A DNA stretch of 64,000 nucleotides, from assembly GCA_963726455.1 (NCBI GenBank), contig CAVSCK010000004.1:672001-736000 (forward strand), in the 5' to 3' direction. This stretch comes from an uncultured bacterium (lineage in GTDB: Bacteria; Zixibacteria; MSB-5A5; CAIYYT01). The notes beneath the pieces were generated by a model. That model saw nothing but the letters and a program-made list of their open reading frames with translations. It was not told where the DNA came from and did not search any database. Within the stretch, counting starts at the first letter, position 1; each line of letters begins with the position of its first letter. Shown in pieces: positions 1-8,944 of this stretch. The position numbers and the translations under genes are program-made.

Positions 1-57
1 TTGCAACTTACGTTCGGAGGAAGAAGTAACACCGAGAGTTTCACCAATACACAGACG

Positions 58-91
58 AAAGCCGTGGTCAAGAAACACCGCGGCTTTTTTT
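58..91 (+). terminator. Rho-independent terminator of the upstream gene
   Basis: Hairpin aaagccgtgg...ccgcggcttt followed by a T7 tract. Confidence 0.7.
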
Positions 92-229
92 GTGCCTTCA
101 CCGCGGCATAGCCCGGATGATCTGTCTAAGAACGTTGTCGTGTCCCCCTACCTCTCATCGACCGTTATATTCTTCTTGACATTGCAACTCAACCTCCCAG
201 ATTCGTGTAAAAACATTGGAGGAAATCAC

Positions 230-991
230 ATGCACATGATTATTCGTAAACAAAGCTTTCATTTGATCCTGACTGTTGTCGCATTCTTCATGCTGGGCGC
301 AATTGCGCTGCAGGCAGAAGAAGCGGCAGCTCCGCAGCCACTGTCGCCCGAAGAATTCCAGAAGGTCATCAAGTCGAACAAACAAGCCGATTGGATAACG
401 ATCAAGGCGCTTACTGATGATCAGACGAAAGCTCTCATAAACTGTAAGTCAATCAAGGTCGCTCTCGGCGGTGTTCAGGAGGCGTGGGAAGTTCTGTGGT
501 TAAACGGCGTCACCACCATCACCGACAATCAGGTGAAATTGCTGGCTGAGAATGAAGTCAACCTATCACTGGACGGTCTCACAACTCTCTCGGTTGAGCA
601 GGCAAAGCTGATGAGCCGATACAAAGGCAAATTCATTCCGAGGGCATTTCAGGACGATCCCGAGTATTCGCGCAAGTTCGCGTCACGGGCGGCAGGTGTG
701 CTAAGTCTGAATGGATTAACTACCCTGGATGATGAGACGACCAAGTGGCTGGGCAAATCCAAAGCATTTGAGCTCGACCTCAACGCATTGAAGTCGATAA
801 GCGACTTGCAGGCAAAATCACTTGGCTATTTCCCGGGCGCTATTCTGCAGATGAACTCCTTGAAGACGCTGACAGATAAACAAGCAAAGGCCCTCGCACA
901 ATTTCAGGGGAGTCTGGCAGTGGCTTCGCTCGATAAGCCGTCAAAAGATTTGATCATAAAGTATGGTGGCGTGCTGATCGGACAGGAATAA
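230..991 (+). CDS. Secreted protein with leucine-rich-repeat-like units
   Basis: GGAGG RBS before ATG 230; signal peptide; recurring LNGLTTLxDxQAKxL units of about 24 aa. Confidence 0.7.
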   Translation: MHMIIRKQSFHLILTVVAFFMLGAIALQAEEAAAPQPLSPEEFQKVIKSNKQADWITIKALTDDQTKALINCKSIKVALGGVQEAWEVLWLNGVTTITDNQVKLLAENEVNLSLDGLTTLSVEQAKLMSRYKGKFIPRAFQDDPEYSRKFASRAAGVLSLNGLTTLDDETTKWLGKSKAFELDLNALKSISDLQAKSLGYFPGAILQMNSLKTLTDKQAKALAQFQGSLAVASLDKPSKDLIIKYGGVLIGQE

Positions 992-1145
992 GATTTCACC
1001 GACATTCAAATTGAATTACTGAGGACACATGCGAATGTGTCCTCTTTTTTTGCGCCGGGATTGGCCCAAATCGGTATTTCGTCGGGTGAATTTCGCTACG
1101 TACCAACATGAGCAGAAACAAGTTCACTCGAAGGAGGTTGATCTC

Positions 1146-1736
1146 ATGGCCTACATTGAAACGACATCAGAGGATCAGGCGCAAGGGTTGCTGCACGAAA
1201 TCTACGACAAGGAACGGCAATCCTCGGGGCACGTTCCCAACCATATGATAGTATTCAGCCATCGGCCGGAGGTGCTGGATGCCTGGCGCAAATTGATCGC
1301 CACCGTTCGCGGCAATTTGCGATTAAGGCAGTATGAACTGGTGACATTCGCTGCGGCGCGCAAGCTCAGATGCGATTACTGACTGCTTGCGCACGGAGAG
1401 GTTCTCCGTAAGAATTTCTTCAGCACCGAGGAAATGATTGTCCTGGCGCAAGACTATACCAAAGCAAATCTGTCGGAAGCGGAAATCGAGATGATGAGAT
1501 TTGCCGAGAAAGTGGCCGGTGAGGCGAGCGAGATTACTTTGGACGATATCAATCGTCTGCGCGCCCAGGGGTTCAGTGACACCACAATTTCGGACATTAC
1601 GTTTGCGGCGGCAGCGCGGTGTTTCTTCAGCAAGACGCTGGATGCTCTTGGAGCAGAGCCCGATTCGGAATATCTCAAGCTGCAGCAGGGCTTGCGGGAC
1701 GCATTGATTGCGGGACGACCGCTGCACACCGTGTAA
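1146..1736 (+). CDS. AhpD/carboxymuconolactone decarboxylase-like peroxidase-related protein, probable selenoprotein (CDYU)
   Basis: AAGGAGG RBS; ORFs 1029-1382 and 1434-1736 share one frame and are separated only by TGA 1380-1382, which sits at the second Cys of the CxYC motif (LRCDY*LLAHG). Confidence 0.8.
1383..1412 (+). promoter_or_regulatory. Putative bacterial SECIS hairpin
   Basis: Perfect stem acggaga/tctccgt (1393-1399/1403-1409) with a GGT apical loop, starting 10 nt after the in-frame UGA; lower ctt/aag pairing. Confidence 0.65.
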
Positions 1737-1771
1737 TCGGTAGTTCGTTACATGCGCCAACACCGTGACAC

Positions 1772-2497
1772 TTAGTGCGAGTGCTGTAGGACGTAGATGA
1801 CCCAGGGATTCATGTGCGTTTCATTGACCCACTCATAGGGCTCATCCTCACGCGCCAGCGGCTTCAGCATTTCGACGACATCAAGTCCGGCTTCGCGATA
1901 CACCCTGCGATAATCCTCGTCTGGCCATAGTATGTCGTCCACCGGTCGGCGGTCGTCGATGTCGGTATTGATGATCTTCACGATGTCGCCGCATTGTGCC
2001 TGGTGGTTCTCGGGAAAATCCCTGGAGGAAAATGATGCCCACTCGTGGAGGTAGATTTGCGGGTCGGAAACGAGGTTCACGAACTTACCATCAGGTGTCA
2101 GCATTCGGCGAATCTCTTTCATGATGGCAGACTTCTTTTCGCCTGTCGGGATGTTGTCGAAAGTGAAAGCAGACAAGATCAGATCAAATGAGTGATCGCC
2201 AAAGCGAATGAATTCATCTTCTCCGAGCAAACGGTAATCACCGGTCGGATCCAATTCCTTTGCCTTATTGAGCATATCTGCTGAGATGTCCACTCCGAAA
2301 GCGGTGAACCCGAGCTTGACCAGAAATCTCGTTGACCGCCCTGCCCCACAGCCGAAATCCATGGCACGGTTTCCAGACACATGCTGAGAGATTATCGCCG
2401 GCAGATCGCGAAATGCGAGATAATAGGTGCCGGGAAATTCAAGCCGGGCGTAGGCGTCGGCCATGTGCGAGTCTTCATAGGCGTTAAAGAAGTCCAT
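1772..2497 (-). CDS. Class I SAM-dependent methyltransferase
   Basis: Motif I MDFGCGAGRS, GVDIS, FDLILS; start placed at MDFFNAYED. Confidence 0.85.
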   Translation of the reverse strand: MDFFNAYEDSHMADAYARLEFPGTYYLAFRDLPAIISQHVSGNRAMDFGCGAGRSTRFLVKLGFTAFGVDISADMLNKAKELDPTGDYRLLGEDEFIRFGDHSFDLILSAFTFDNIPTGEKKSAIMKEIRRMLTPDGKFVNLVSDPQIYLHEWASFSSRDFPENHQAQCGDIVKIINTDIDDRRPVDDILWPDEDYRRVYREAGLDVVEMLKPLAREDEPYEWVNETHMNPWVIYVLQHSH

Positions 2498-2603
2498 TTG
2501 TCTGCTCCTGGCTGTGTTTCCAGAGACAATATCGACGCCAATCTTACAAATGGCAAAGCCATTATTGCCAATTCGTTCGCTTGAGGGACTCAGGACCAAG
2601 CGA

Positions 2604-3749
2604 TCAATAGGCGGTCGGAATGAAGATCGCCTCCAACATGGTGTTGCGAATTTCGATGACGGCCCCGCTCCCCTGGGTGCCGCTGGTGCGTCCCTCGAGC
2701 CGAAACGTGTAGGAACCAGAGCTGGCTTTGCTGTAAACGCGCGTCACCACGAACGGCCAGTAGGTACTGGAGGTCGTCCACATCGCGCTGCCACCGAACA
2801 CTGCGTAGTAGGGAGCGGCGACCGCTCCACCTGCCGTTTCATCGATCTGCACATAGCCGTAGTTGATGCCGGTTGTTCCGCTTAAATAGGCCGTGCCTCT
2901 TCCGGTGACAGAGATGTAGCCGTCCGAAGGGATGTTAATGGTCACCGTCAGAATGTCCGCAACAGATGAGGTGAGAGTAGCTGTGACCGTGCTCTGAATT
3001 GAGGCGATCCCCGGCTCGTCTTTTATATCCGCCGCATCGATGGAGTTCGTGGGAAGAATGACGTTGCCTGATCCGGAACCATCCAGGATGATTTTTGGGG
3101 AACCGGTGGCATCACCCAACCGGAGTTGTCCTCCATTGCCGTTTCCGAAAAGACTCACTTCGTCCCTGCCAAGCGAATCCGTCAGAGTAATCGATCCTGC
3201 CGAAGCATTGGCCTTTATTTCCACTTGCGCGTGACCATCATTCATCAATTCGATCTTGCCAATTCTCCCAACTTCGGTGGATAGTCTCGCAACTGCGACT
3301 CCACCATCGCCGTTCATTTCCAAGGGACCCGACATGGTATCGCCACTGAGTCTAACATACTTGTCCCCTACCGTGCGCGCGCTGTCAGCAGTAAATGCGT
3401 AAGCAACCGTAACCAGTGGCTGCCGTGGGGTCATTTCGGCGTTATCGCCCAGTTTGACTCCCAGGAAACGGATGGCTCCGGAGAACACACTTGGATCCAC
3501 TGCATTAACTGTACCGAGCAGCACCGAGAACAAACCGCCGGTAATCGTCACGCTCTGGGTTTCAGTCCACCGGACCGTACCATCGGTGGGTTGATCATAG
3601 ATCGTGAATGTCACAGGATAATTGCCGTCAGCGATCGGTGTGCCCGCGTCGGAGAAACGACCCTGATAACTGATAAGTTTGGGAACTTCTGCGGATGCGA
3701 TACCGACCGCGAACAGTATGATTGCAGCAAGTAGGAGCGCGTGTTTCAT
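2604..3749 (-). CDS. Secreted beta-rich surface protein of unknown function
   Basis: Signal peptide MKHALLLAA..ASA; N-terminal ISYQGRF...FTIYD...WTETQ...GLFSVLLG domain; Gly/Ser/Thr-rich. Confidence 0.7.
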   Translation of the reverse strand: MKHALLLAAIILFAVGIASAEVPKLISYQGRFSDAGTPIADGNYPVTFTIYDQPTDGTVRWTETQSVTITGGLFSVLLGTVNAVDPSVFSGAIRFLGVKLGDNAEMTPRQPLVTVAYAFTADSARTVGDKYVRLSGDTMSGPLEMNGDGGVAVARLSTEVGRIGKIELMNDGHAQVEIKANASAGSITLTDSLGRDEVSLFGNGNGGQLRLGDATGSPKIILDGSGSGNVILPTNSIDAADIKDEPGIASIQSTVTATLTSSVADILTVTINIPSDGYISVTGRGTAYLSGTTGINYGYVQIDETAGGAVAAPYYAVFGGSAMWTTSSTYWPFVVTRVYSKASSGSYTFRLEGRTSGTQGSGAVIEIRNTMLEAIFIPTAY

Positions 3750-3943
3750 GGTGTCAACCTCCGGGATGTGTAACCGCAAGAACATTCTACTTGGTCGAGC
3801 TGCGAGTAGCAGCCGACACGATGCTTGAGTAATATAACTCGCTTCCAAATTCCGCAAAGCACTAAACGTGCCCTGAGAGGTCGCTAATCAATACTGGAAT
3901 GGTAGGGATTGCGGGGATAAGGATGTCGTTGGGGATCGAAAAC

Positions 3944-3970
3944 GTCAAAACCCAATCGGTTTTGACCTGC
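3944..3970. repeat. REP-like palindrome GTCAAAACC-n5-GGTTTTGAC (related copies at 5061-5077, 5199-5219, 28278-28304)
   Basis: Perfect 9-bp inverted repeat with a GCAG/GTAG-like tag on the minus strand; tcaaaaccgaagcgg recurs elsewhere. Confidence 0.6.
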
Positions 3971-4022
3971 TTCGCTTATATTGAGGGATCAGTACTGACT
4001 CAGGATCAGAGAGGAGCCATTT

Positions 4023-4469
4023 GTGGGGACCCGACCCATCTACGCCGGTCTCGGCCGTCGCTTTGTTGCGCTGGCGATTGACGGCCTGTCATTCTGCGCG
4101 GTGTTCTTCCCTATCACGCGAATCGTCAAAGGCGCGTGGCTGATGGCGCCGGGCGATCATGCATGGAATGTTGGTTGGTTCATCAGCGACCCGATCTGCC
4201 TGATATTTCTGGCGGTGATGTTCGTCTACTTCGTCCTACTGGAAGCCATTCTTGGCGCGACGCTGGGTAAGCGGTTTGTTGGTATCAGGGTCACCGCAGT
4301 AGACGGCAAGATTCCCGGCCTATCCAAATCCCTGATCAGAAATCTGCTGAGGCTGGTGGACGGATTGCCGGCCTTGAATATTCTCGGCGTGATCATGATC
4401 ATCTTTTCGAAAGAGCGGACGCGCGTTGGTGATGTCGTCGCAGGAACAAGGGTCGTGAAGCGAGAATAG
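4023..4469 (+). CDS. RDD family membrane protein
   Basis: YAGLGRRFVALAIDG, G-TLGKRFVGIRV, RNLLRLVD, RVGDVVAGTRVV motifs. Confidence 0.9.
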   Translation: MGTRPIYAGLGRRFVALAIDGLSFCAVFFPITRIVKGAWLMAPGDHAWNVGWFISDPICLIFLAVMFVYFVLLEAILGATLGKRFVGIRVTAVDGKIPGLSKSLIRNLLRLVDGLPALNILGVIMIIFSKERTRVGDVVAGTRVVKRE

Positions 4470-5035
4470 GAGTTCAGGAGCTTCGCGATCGTATTCCAAT
4501 TGCGGGTGGTGATGTTGGCGCCGTACGACCGATCAAGTATGTTCATGGCTTTCGCGGTTCCCTTGCCGGCCGCGCCGGTGGCCACGAAGAAGACTTCCGC
4601 GTCGGTGGCAGATACGAAGCGGAAATCTGCGGTCGAGGTCTTCTTTACTTCGCTGAAGCTGTCCGTTCGACTGTCGGAGAGAAAGGTCACATAGAGTCGC
4701 GTGTTAGGCGTGACTTTGACCGACTTAAAGGGATTCAAGTTCAGCAGCTTCTGTATTTCATCGAGACTGCGAACGATCACGCCAATGCTGTAGCCCAATT
4801 CTTCCTCAAGTTGTGCTCTCGATAGCGCGACGATCTTGCGGCGATCCGTTGTCGTCGTATCGAAGAGAACGTTTCCGCTCGCGAGCACCGTCTTGACATT
4901 CGTAAATCCGGCGGCCTGGAATATTTTGGACAGCGTTGACATCGAGATGACTTTGTTGCCGCCGACATTGATCCCGCGCAGAAGGGCGACGTAGCGCATA
5001 GCTGGTTTGCTCTTTGTGGTTGCGCGTTTAGGCAT
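4226..5035 (-). CDS. DUF1697 family protein; the domain ends near 4470 and the ORF runs on antisense to the RDD gene
   Basis: YVALLRGINVGG, VKTVLASGNVLF, TTRNWNTIAKL motifs. Confidence 0.85.
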   Translation of the reverse strand: MPKRATTKSKPAMRYVALLRGINVGGNKVISMSTLSKIFQAAGFTNVKTVLASGNVLFDTTTTDRRKIVALSRAQLEEELGYSIGVIVRSLDEIQKLLNLNPFKSVKVTPNTRLYVTFLSDSRTDSFSEVKKTSTADFRFVSATDAEVFFVATGAAGKGTAKAMNILDRSYGANITTRNWNTIAKLLNSYSRFTTLVPATTSPTRVRSFEKMIMITPRIFKAGNPSTSLSRFLIRDLDRPGILPSTAVTLIPTNRLPSVAPRMASSRTK

Positions 5036-5219
5036 TTGTAATGATACGGAGTTGCGCCGATCAAAACCGAAGCGGGTTTGTGCTACGGCACTTCATTCGA
5101 TAGGTATTCTAAGGACACAGGTCTCAGCCAGAAACGAACAATCCCACCCGTCGGAAGCCTTTGGGTGGGATACAAGTTGTAAATGATACGGAGTTGACTA
5201 GGTCAAAACCGAAGCGGGT
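5036..5219. repeat. Direct repeat of about 42 bp (5036-5077 and 5177-5219) enclosing a CCCACCC..GGGTGGG palindrome (5141-5175; second copy 6632-6664)
   Basis: ttgta(a)atgatacggagttg..tcaaaaccgaagcgggt occurs twice; ccacccgtcg..ctttgggtggg.tacaa occurs twice. Confidence 0.7.
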
Positions 5220-5235
5220 CTACTTTCAGTACTAA

Positions 5236-5868
5236 TCACATCCAATCCCAGAGACTGTAGATGAGGAAACCGTTCATCGTGCGGTTCTCCTGGTCACGTA
5301 GCGGCTGATCGGTCAGGATGAACACATAACCAGAGGCCGGGTAGTATCTCACTTCTTTGATCCGGTAGTTCTTGTATAGACCTTGAGTTGAGACATGAAT
5401 TAGTCCCGGCTCCGGACCACGGAACACCGGATATTCATAACAACCCTCCGTGCACTCCCAGTTCCAGGTCTTGAGATCATGCCTCGGCATGGATTGGTAA
5501 CGACGCACAAACGACGTGTCTTGCGGTGGCGCCGTGAAAGTCAGAGAGTCCGTTAACCGGTAGTTTCCGGCCGAATCGGTGACTGTAATGTATGGTTCGA
5601 TCTTCATATTGTTATAAAGGTCGGGTATCCAATTCCCCAGAAGAGTCTCTGACTTGAAGGCGTGCACTATGCTTGGCAGGATGAATAGAATATTGAACTC
5701 ATGGCCGACACCTGGGTTCCAGTCAACACGATAGAAGAAGAGACAAGTTCTCCCCTCGGTCTTATCGAACAAAGTGAACACCTGATCACTTGGCGGCTTT
5801 GTCTGAGCCGGAGCTGAGATATTCAGCAGGAACAACAGAAACGATGCGTAAAACAGCCGGCGAATCAT
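5236..5868 (-). CDS. Secreted hypothetical protein, paralog of 5865-6512
   Basis: Signal peptide; shared C-terminal YPVFRG..GLYKNY..SGY..TDQPLR..TMxG motif. Confidence 0.75.
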   Translation of the reverse strand: MIRRLFYASFLLFLLNISAPAQTKPPSDQVFTLFDKTEGRTCLFFYRVDWNPGVGHEFNILFILPSIVHAFKSETLLGNWIPDLYNNMKIEPYITVTDSAGNYRLTDSLTFTAPPQDTSFVRRYQSMPRHDLKTWNWECTEGCYEYPVFRGPEPGLIHVSTQGLYKNYRIKEVRYYPASGYVFILTDQPLRDQENRTMNGFLIYSLWDWM

Positions 5869-6512
5869 TCTTGCGCCCCCTTCTTAGTCAGTTGGTAGAC
5901 CAACAACCCATCCATAGTGTCAGAACCTACAGCCCGCAACGGCTGATCAGTCACAATCACGAGATACCCGCTCGACGGAAAGTATAGTACTTGAGAAAAA
6001 GTGTAGTTCTTGTACAGGCCGCCTTTGAATTCGTACACGAGGTTTGCTTCGACGCCCCGAAATACGGGATAGTCGCTACAATAGACCGGACAGGCCCTGT
6101 ACCAATCCAATGCTCCGCTCCCGCCTTCGTTGACTACCTTATTAAACTTACGATCGAAGGTAGAGTCGGGCCTTGGAGGCGCAACTGTTGCTGAGTCTCT
6201 TAGGACATAAGTGCCTCCTTCCTCGGCGATGACCAGCGGCTCTTCCTTCGGCGTGCCAGCCAGAAAGCGGTCGAAGACTTCCTTCGCAGCGCCACCGGCC
6301 TTCATTTCGTACGCATGTTCGCCACCGAGGAATAGACAATAGCTCTCTGAGTATTCACATTCGCCATTTACGTACAATTGCCACAGGAGTACGCCATCAA
6401 CGCCCGTGGACTTTCCGACTATGGTAAATTTCTGCTCGCAATTTGAGGAACCAAGCAGCGCAGGTGCGCTCAGGATGGTTATTGCGCAAGTCAGCATGAA
6501 CAACTTGATCAT
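5865..6512 (-). CDS. Secreted hypothetical protein, paralog of 5236-5868
   Basis: GGGAGG RBS; signal peptide; ATGA overlap with the next gene; same C-terminal motif. Confidence 0.75.
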   Translation of the reverse strand: MIKLFMLTCAITILSAPALLGSSNCEQKFTIVGKSTGVDGVLLWQLYVNGECEYSESYCLFLGGEHAYEMKAGGAAKEVFDRFLAGTPKEEPLVIAEEGGTYVLRDSATVAPPRPDSTFDRKFNKVVNEGGSGALDWYRACPVYCSDYPVFRGVEANLVYEFKGGLYKNYTFSQVLYFPSSGYLVIVTDQPLRAVGSDTMDGLLVYQLTKKGAQE

Positions 6513-6685
6513 ATTCAGCGGCCTCCCTTGGCTCGCGTTGCCTAGCCCTTTATGTCATCGAACCAGTGATTAGTTCTTTAACTATCTTACCAACAGCCTG
6601 CACCGGAGTTTCCAGAATCCGGGCGACGAAAATCCACCCGTCGCTGGCTTTGGGTGGGGTACAAATTAAATCAGATCCGAAGGAC

Positions 6686-7039
6686 CTACCTCTCTGTGTG
6701 AATTGAATTCATGACCGGATTTTTCGTTCCGCAGGAGCCGCACGTCCATGAGACGAACCCATACTCACACTTGAGACAGAATACTCCCCCCACACCCTGC
6801 GCACTATATCCTGCTTTGTAAGCGAGCGAACCGCAGTTCGAACACTTTTCGAGAGGTACCATCTCGCCGCACCTTACACATCTAAACGCCGCCCGTCTGC
6901 TGTGACTTCCCCCACCTTTACAGTAGCTTGTGAGGAAAGCCGGATCGGTAACTGTTCTTAGATGCGTATTCATAATGTCCGCTTTGAATTCAACCTGCGC
7001 TGCAGCCTGCTCCCACTTGCGAGATTTCAAGTCACTCAC
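6686..7039 (-). CDS. Small zinc-ribbon protein (four CxxC)
   Basis: CVRC, CSNC, CLKC, CGSC; GGAGG RBS before GTG. Confidence 0.6.
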   Translation of the reverse strand: MSDLKSRKWEQAAAQVEFKADIMNTHLRTVTDPAFLTSYCKGGGSHSRRAAFRCVRCGEMVPLEKCSNCGSLAYKAGYSAQGVGGVFCLKCEYGFVSWTCGSCGTKNPVMNSIHTER

Positions 7040-7189
7040 CTAGTGCCTCCGTTTTGAGAAGGGTCGTGTTTGCCAAAACCGCTTCCGTTCCAAGTACTTT
7101 CTTTGTTTCGGATATTTCGTCTAACCCCCGCAAGCAGGATGCAAGCTATGATGTGCAATGTCAACCCTTTTCTGCATAAATACAAGACA

Positions 7190-7216
7190 CCGTCAGGAAA
7201 GGGTTCCTGACGGCGC
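7190..7216. repeat. Palindrome CCGTCAGGAA-n4-TTCCTGACGG; possible terminator after pckA (twin at 33832-33860)
   Basis: 10-bp inverted repeat with a near-identical copy after the FmdB gene. Confidence 0.6.
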
Positions 7217-7294
7217 GGATTTGACGCGGGATTTGGATGCTGAGCAGCAGTGATTCGGATAATCAGCAGGTCACTTCTGCCCAAAGGGGCTAGA

Positions 7295-8944
7295 CTACTT
7301 CGTCGGTCCGCAGGCGCAGACTTCCGGTGGGCAGCCGTCGGCGTACTTCTTGAAGTTCTCGCGATAGAGCGACGCCAGTTGCTTGTACTTCTGATCGTAG
7401 GCCTTCTTGTCGGGCCAACTCTTGCACGGATAGAGGACATCATCGGCACGTTCGGACAGGTCTTGGGAACATTGTAATCCGAACACTTCGTCTTTGTAGT
7501 ACTCGACATTGTCCAATTGTCCGGTCAATGCGGCTTCGAGCAGCGCGCGAGTGTGTTTGATACTGATGCGTCGTCCGACACCATACTGTCCGCCGACCCA
7601 GCCGGTATTGACCAGCCAGCAGTTGACATTGTGGCGCTGGATCTTGCTTCTTGAGCAGGTCGGCATAGTAGGCCGGATGATGCACCATAAACGGCGCGCC
7701 AAAACAGGCCGAGAAAGTGATTTCCGGTTCCTTGCCCATATCGATTTCGGTGCCGGAGACCTTCGCCGTGTAGCCGGAGATAAAATGATACAGCGCCTGA
7801 TCGGGCGTCAACCGCGCGATCGGCGGCATCACACCACTCGCGTCGCAAGTCAGCATGATGATATTCTTCGGATGCCCGGCGCGCTTTTCCGGCAGCGCGT
7901 TGTCGATGTATTCCAGCGGATAGGAGATGCGCGTGTTTTCGGTGCGTTCGTCATCGTCGAGATCAAGCTGGCGCGTGACGGGATCCATAATGACGTTTTC
8001 GAGAATCGTTCCGAACCGGCGCGTGCAGGCATAGATTTCCGGTTCCGCCGTCGCCGACAGGTTGATCGCCTTTGCGTAGCAGCCACCTTCGAAATTGAAC
8101 ACGCCCTCATCGCTCCAGCCATGCTCGTCGTCGCCGATCAGATGACGGCGCGGATCGGCCGACAGCGTGGTCTTGCCGGTGCCGGAGAGACCGAAGAACA
8201 ACGCCGATATCACCATCTTTGCCGACGTTGGCGGAGCAGTGCATCGACATGATGCCCTGCAGCGGCAGCAGGTAATTCAGAATCGTGAAGGCCGATTTCT
8301 TGATCTCGCCGCCGTAGCCGGTGCCGCCGATGATCACCAGGCGCTGCTCGAAGTTGAGCAGAATGAACGTCGGCGTCAGCGTGCCGTCGATCGAAGGCAT
8401 CGCCTGGAATGACGGAATCGAGATGATCGTGAAATCGGGACGTGAGGCGCTTCAGCTCGTCGAGCTCGTCAATCTTGATGAACATGTTGCGGGCAAACAG
8501 CGAATGCCAGGCGAATTCGGTGATCACGCGAATCGGCATTTGGTAATTCGGATCGGCGCCGACATAGCAGTCCTGCACGAACAGATCGCGTCCTTGCAGA
8601 TAGGCCTGCAACCGCGTCGTAGACGCCGGAGAATCTGTCGGCGCTGAACGGACGGTTGTATTGTCCCCACCAGATGTTGTCCTCGGTGGTTGCTTCGCTG
8701 ACGATGAATTTGTCATTGGCGGCGCGTGCCGTGTGTTTGCCGGTGTTGACCACCAGCGGTCCCATGTGCGCCAAAGCTGCCTTCGCGACGGAACAGCGCC
8801 TCGCCATAAAGCGCCGCGGAGTGTCAGATTCCAATAGACGACGCCGAGATTGGTCAGGCCGTGATTGCTCAGCTTGAATTCGCTGGCGCGTTCTTTGGCG
8901 ATTTCATGAGCCGGTGTCTTTATATTCCAGATATTGCCGATCAT
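7295..8944 (-). CDS. pckA: Phosphoenolpyruvate carboxykinase (ATP), split by several indels
   Basis: [59 protein letters not shown] motifs across successive frames. Confidence 0.95.

Noticed and set aside
5036-7216. Integron cassette array (co-oriented small genes with palindromes between them)
   Set aside because: I could not find RYYYAAC...GTTRRRY attC boundaries; the only tyrosine recombinase is a housekeeping xerC in xerC-hslVU context
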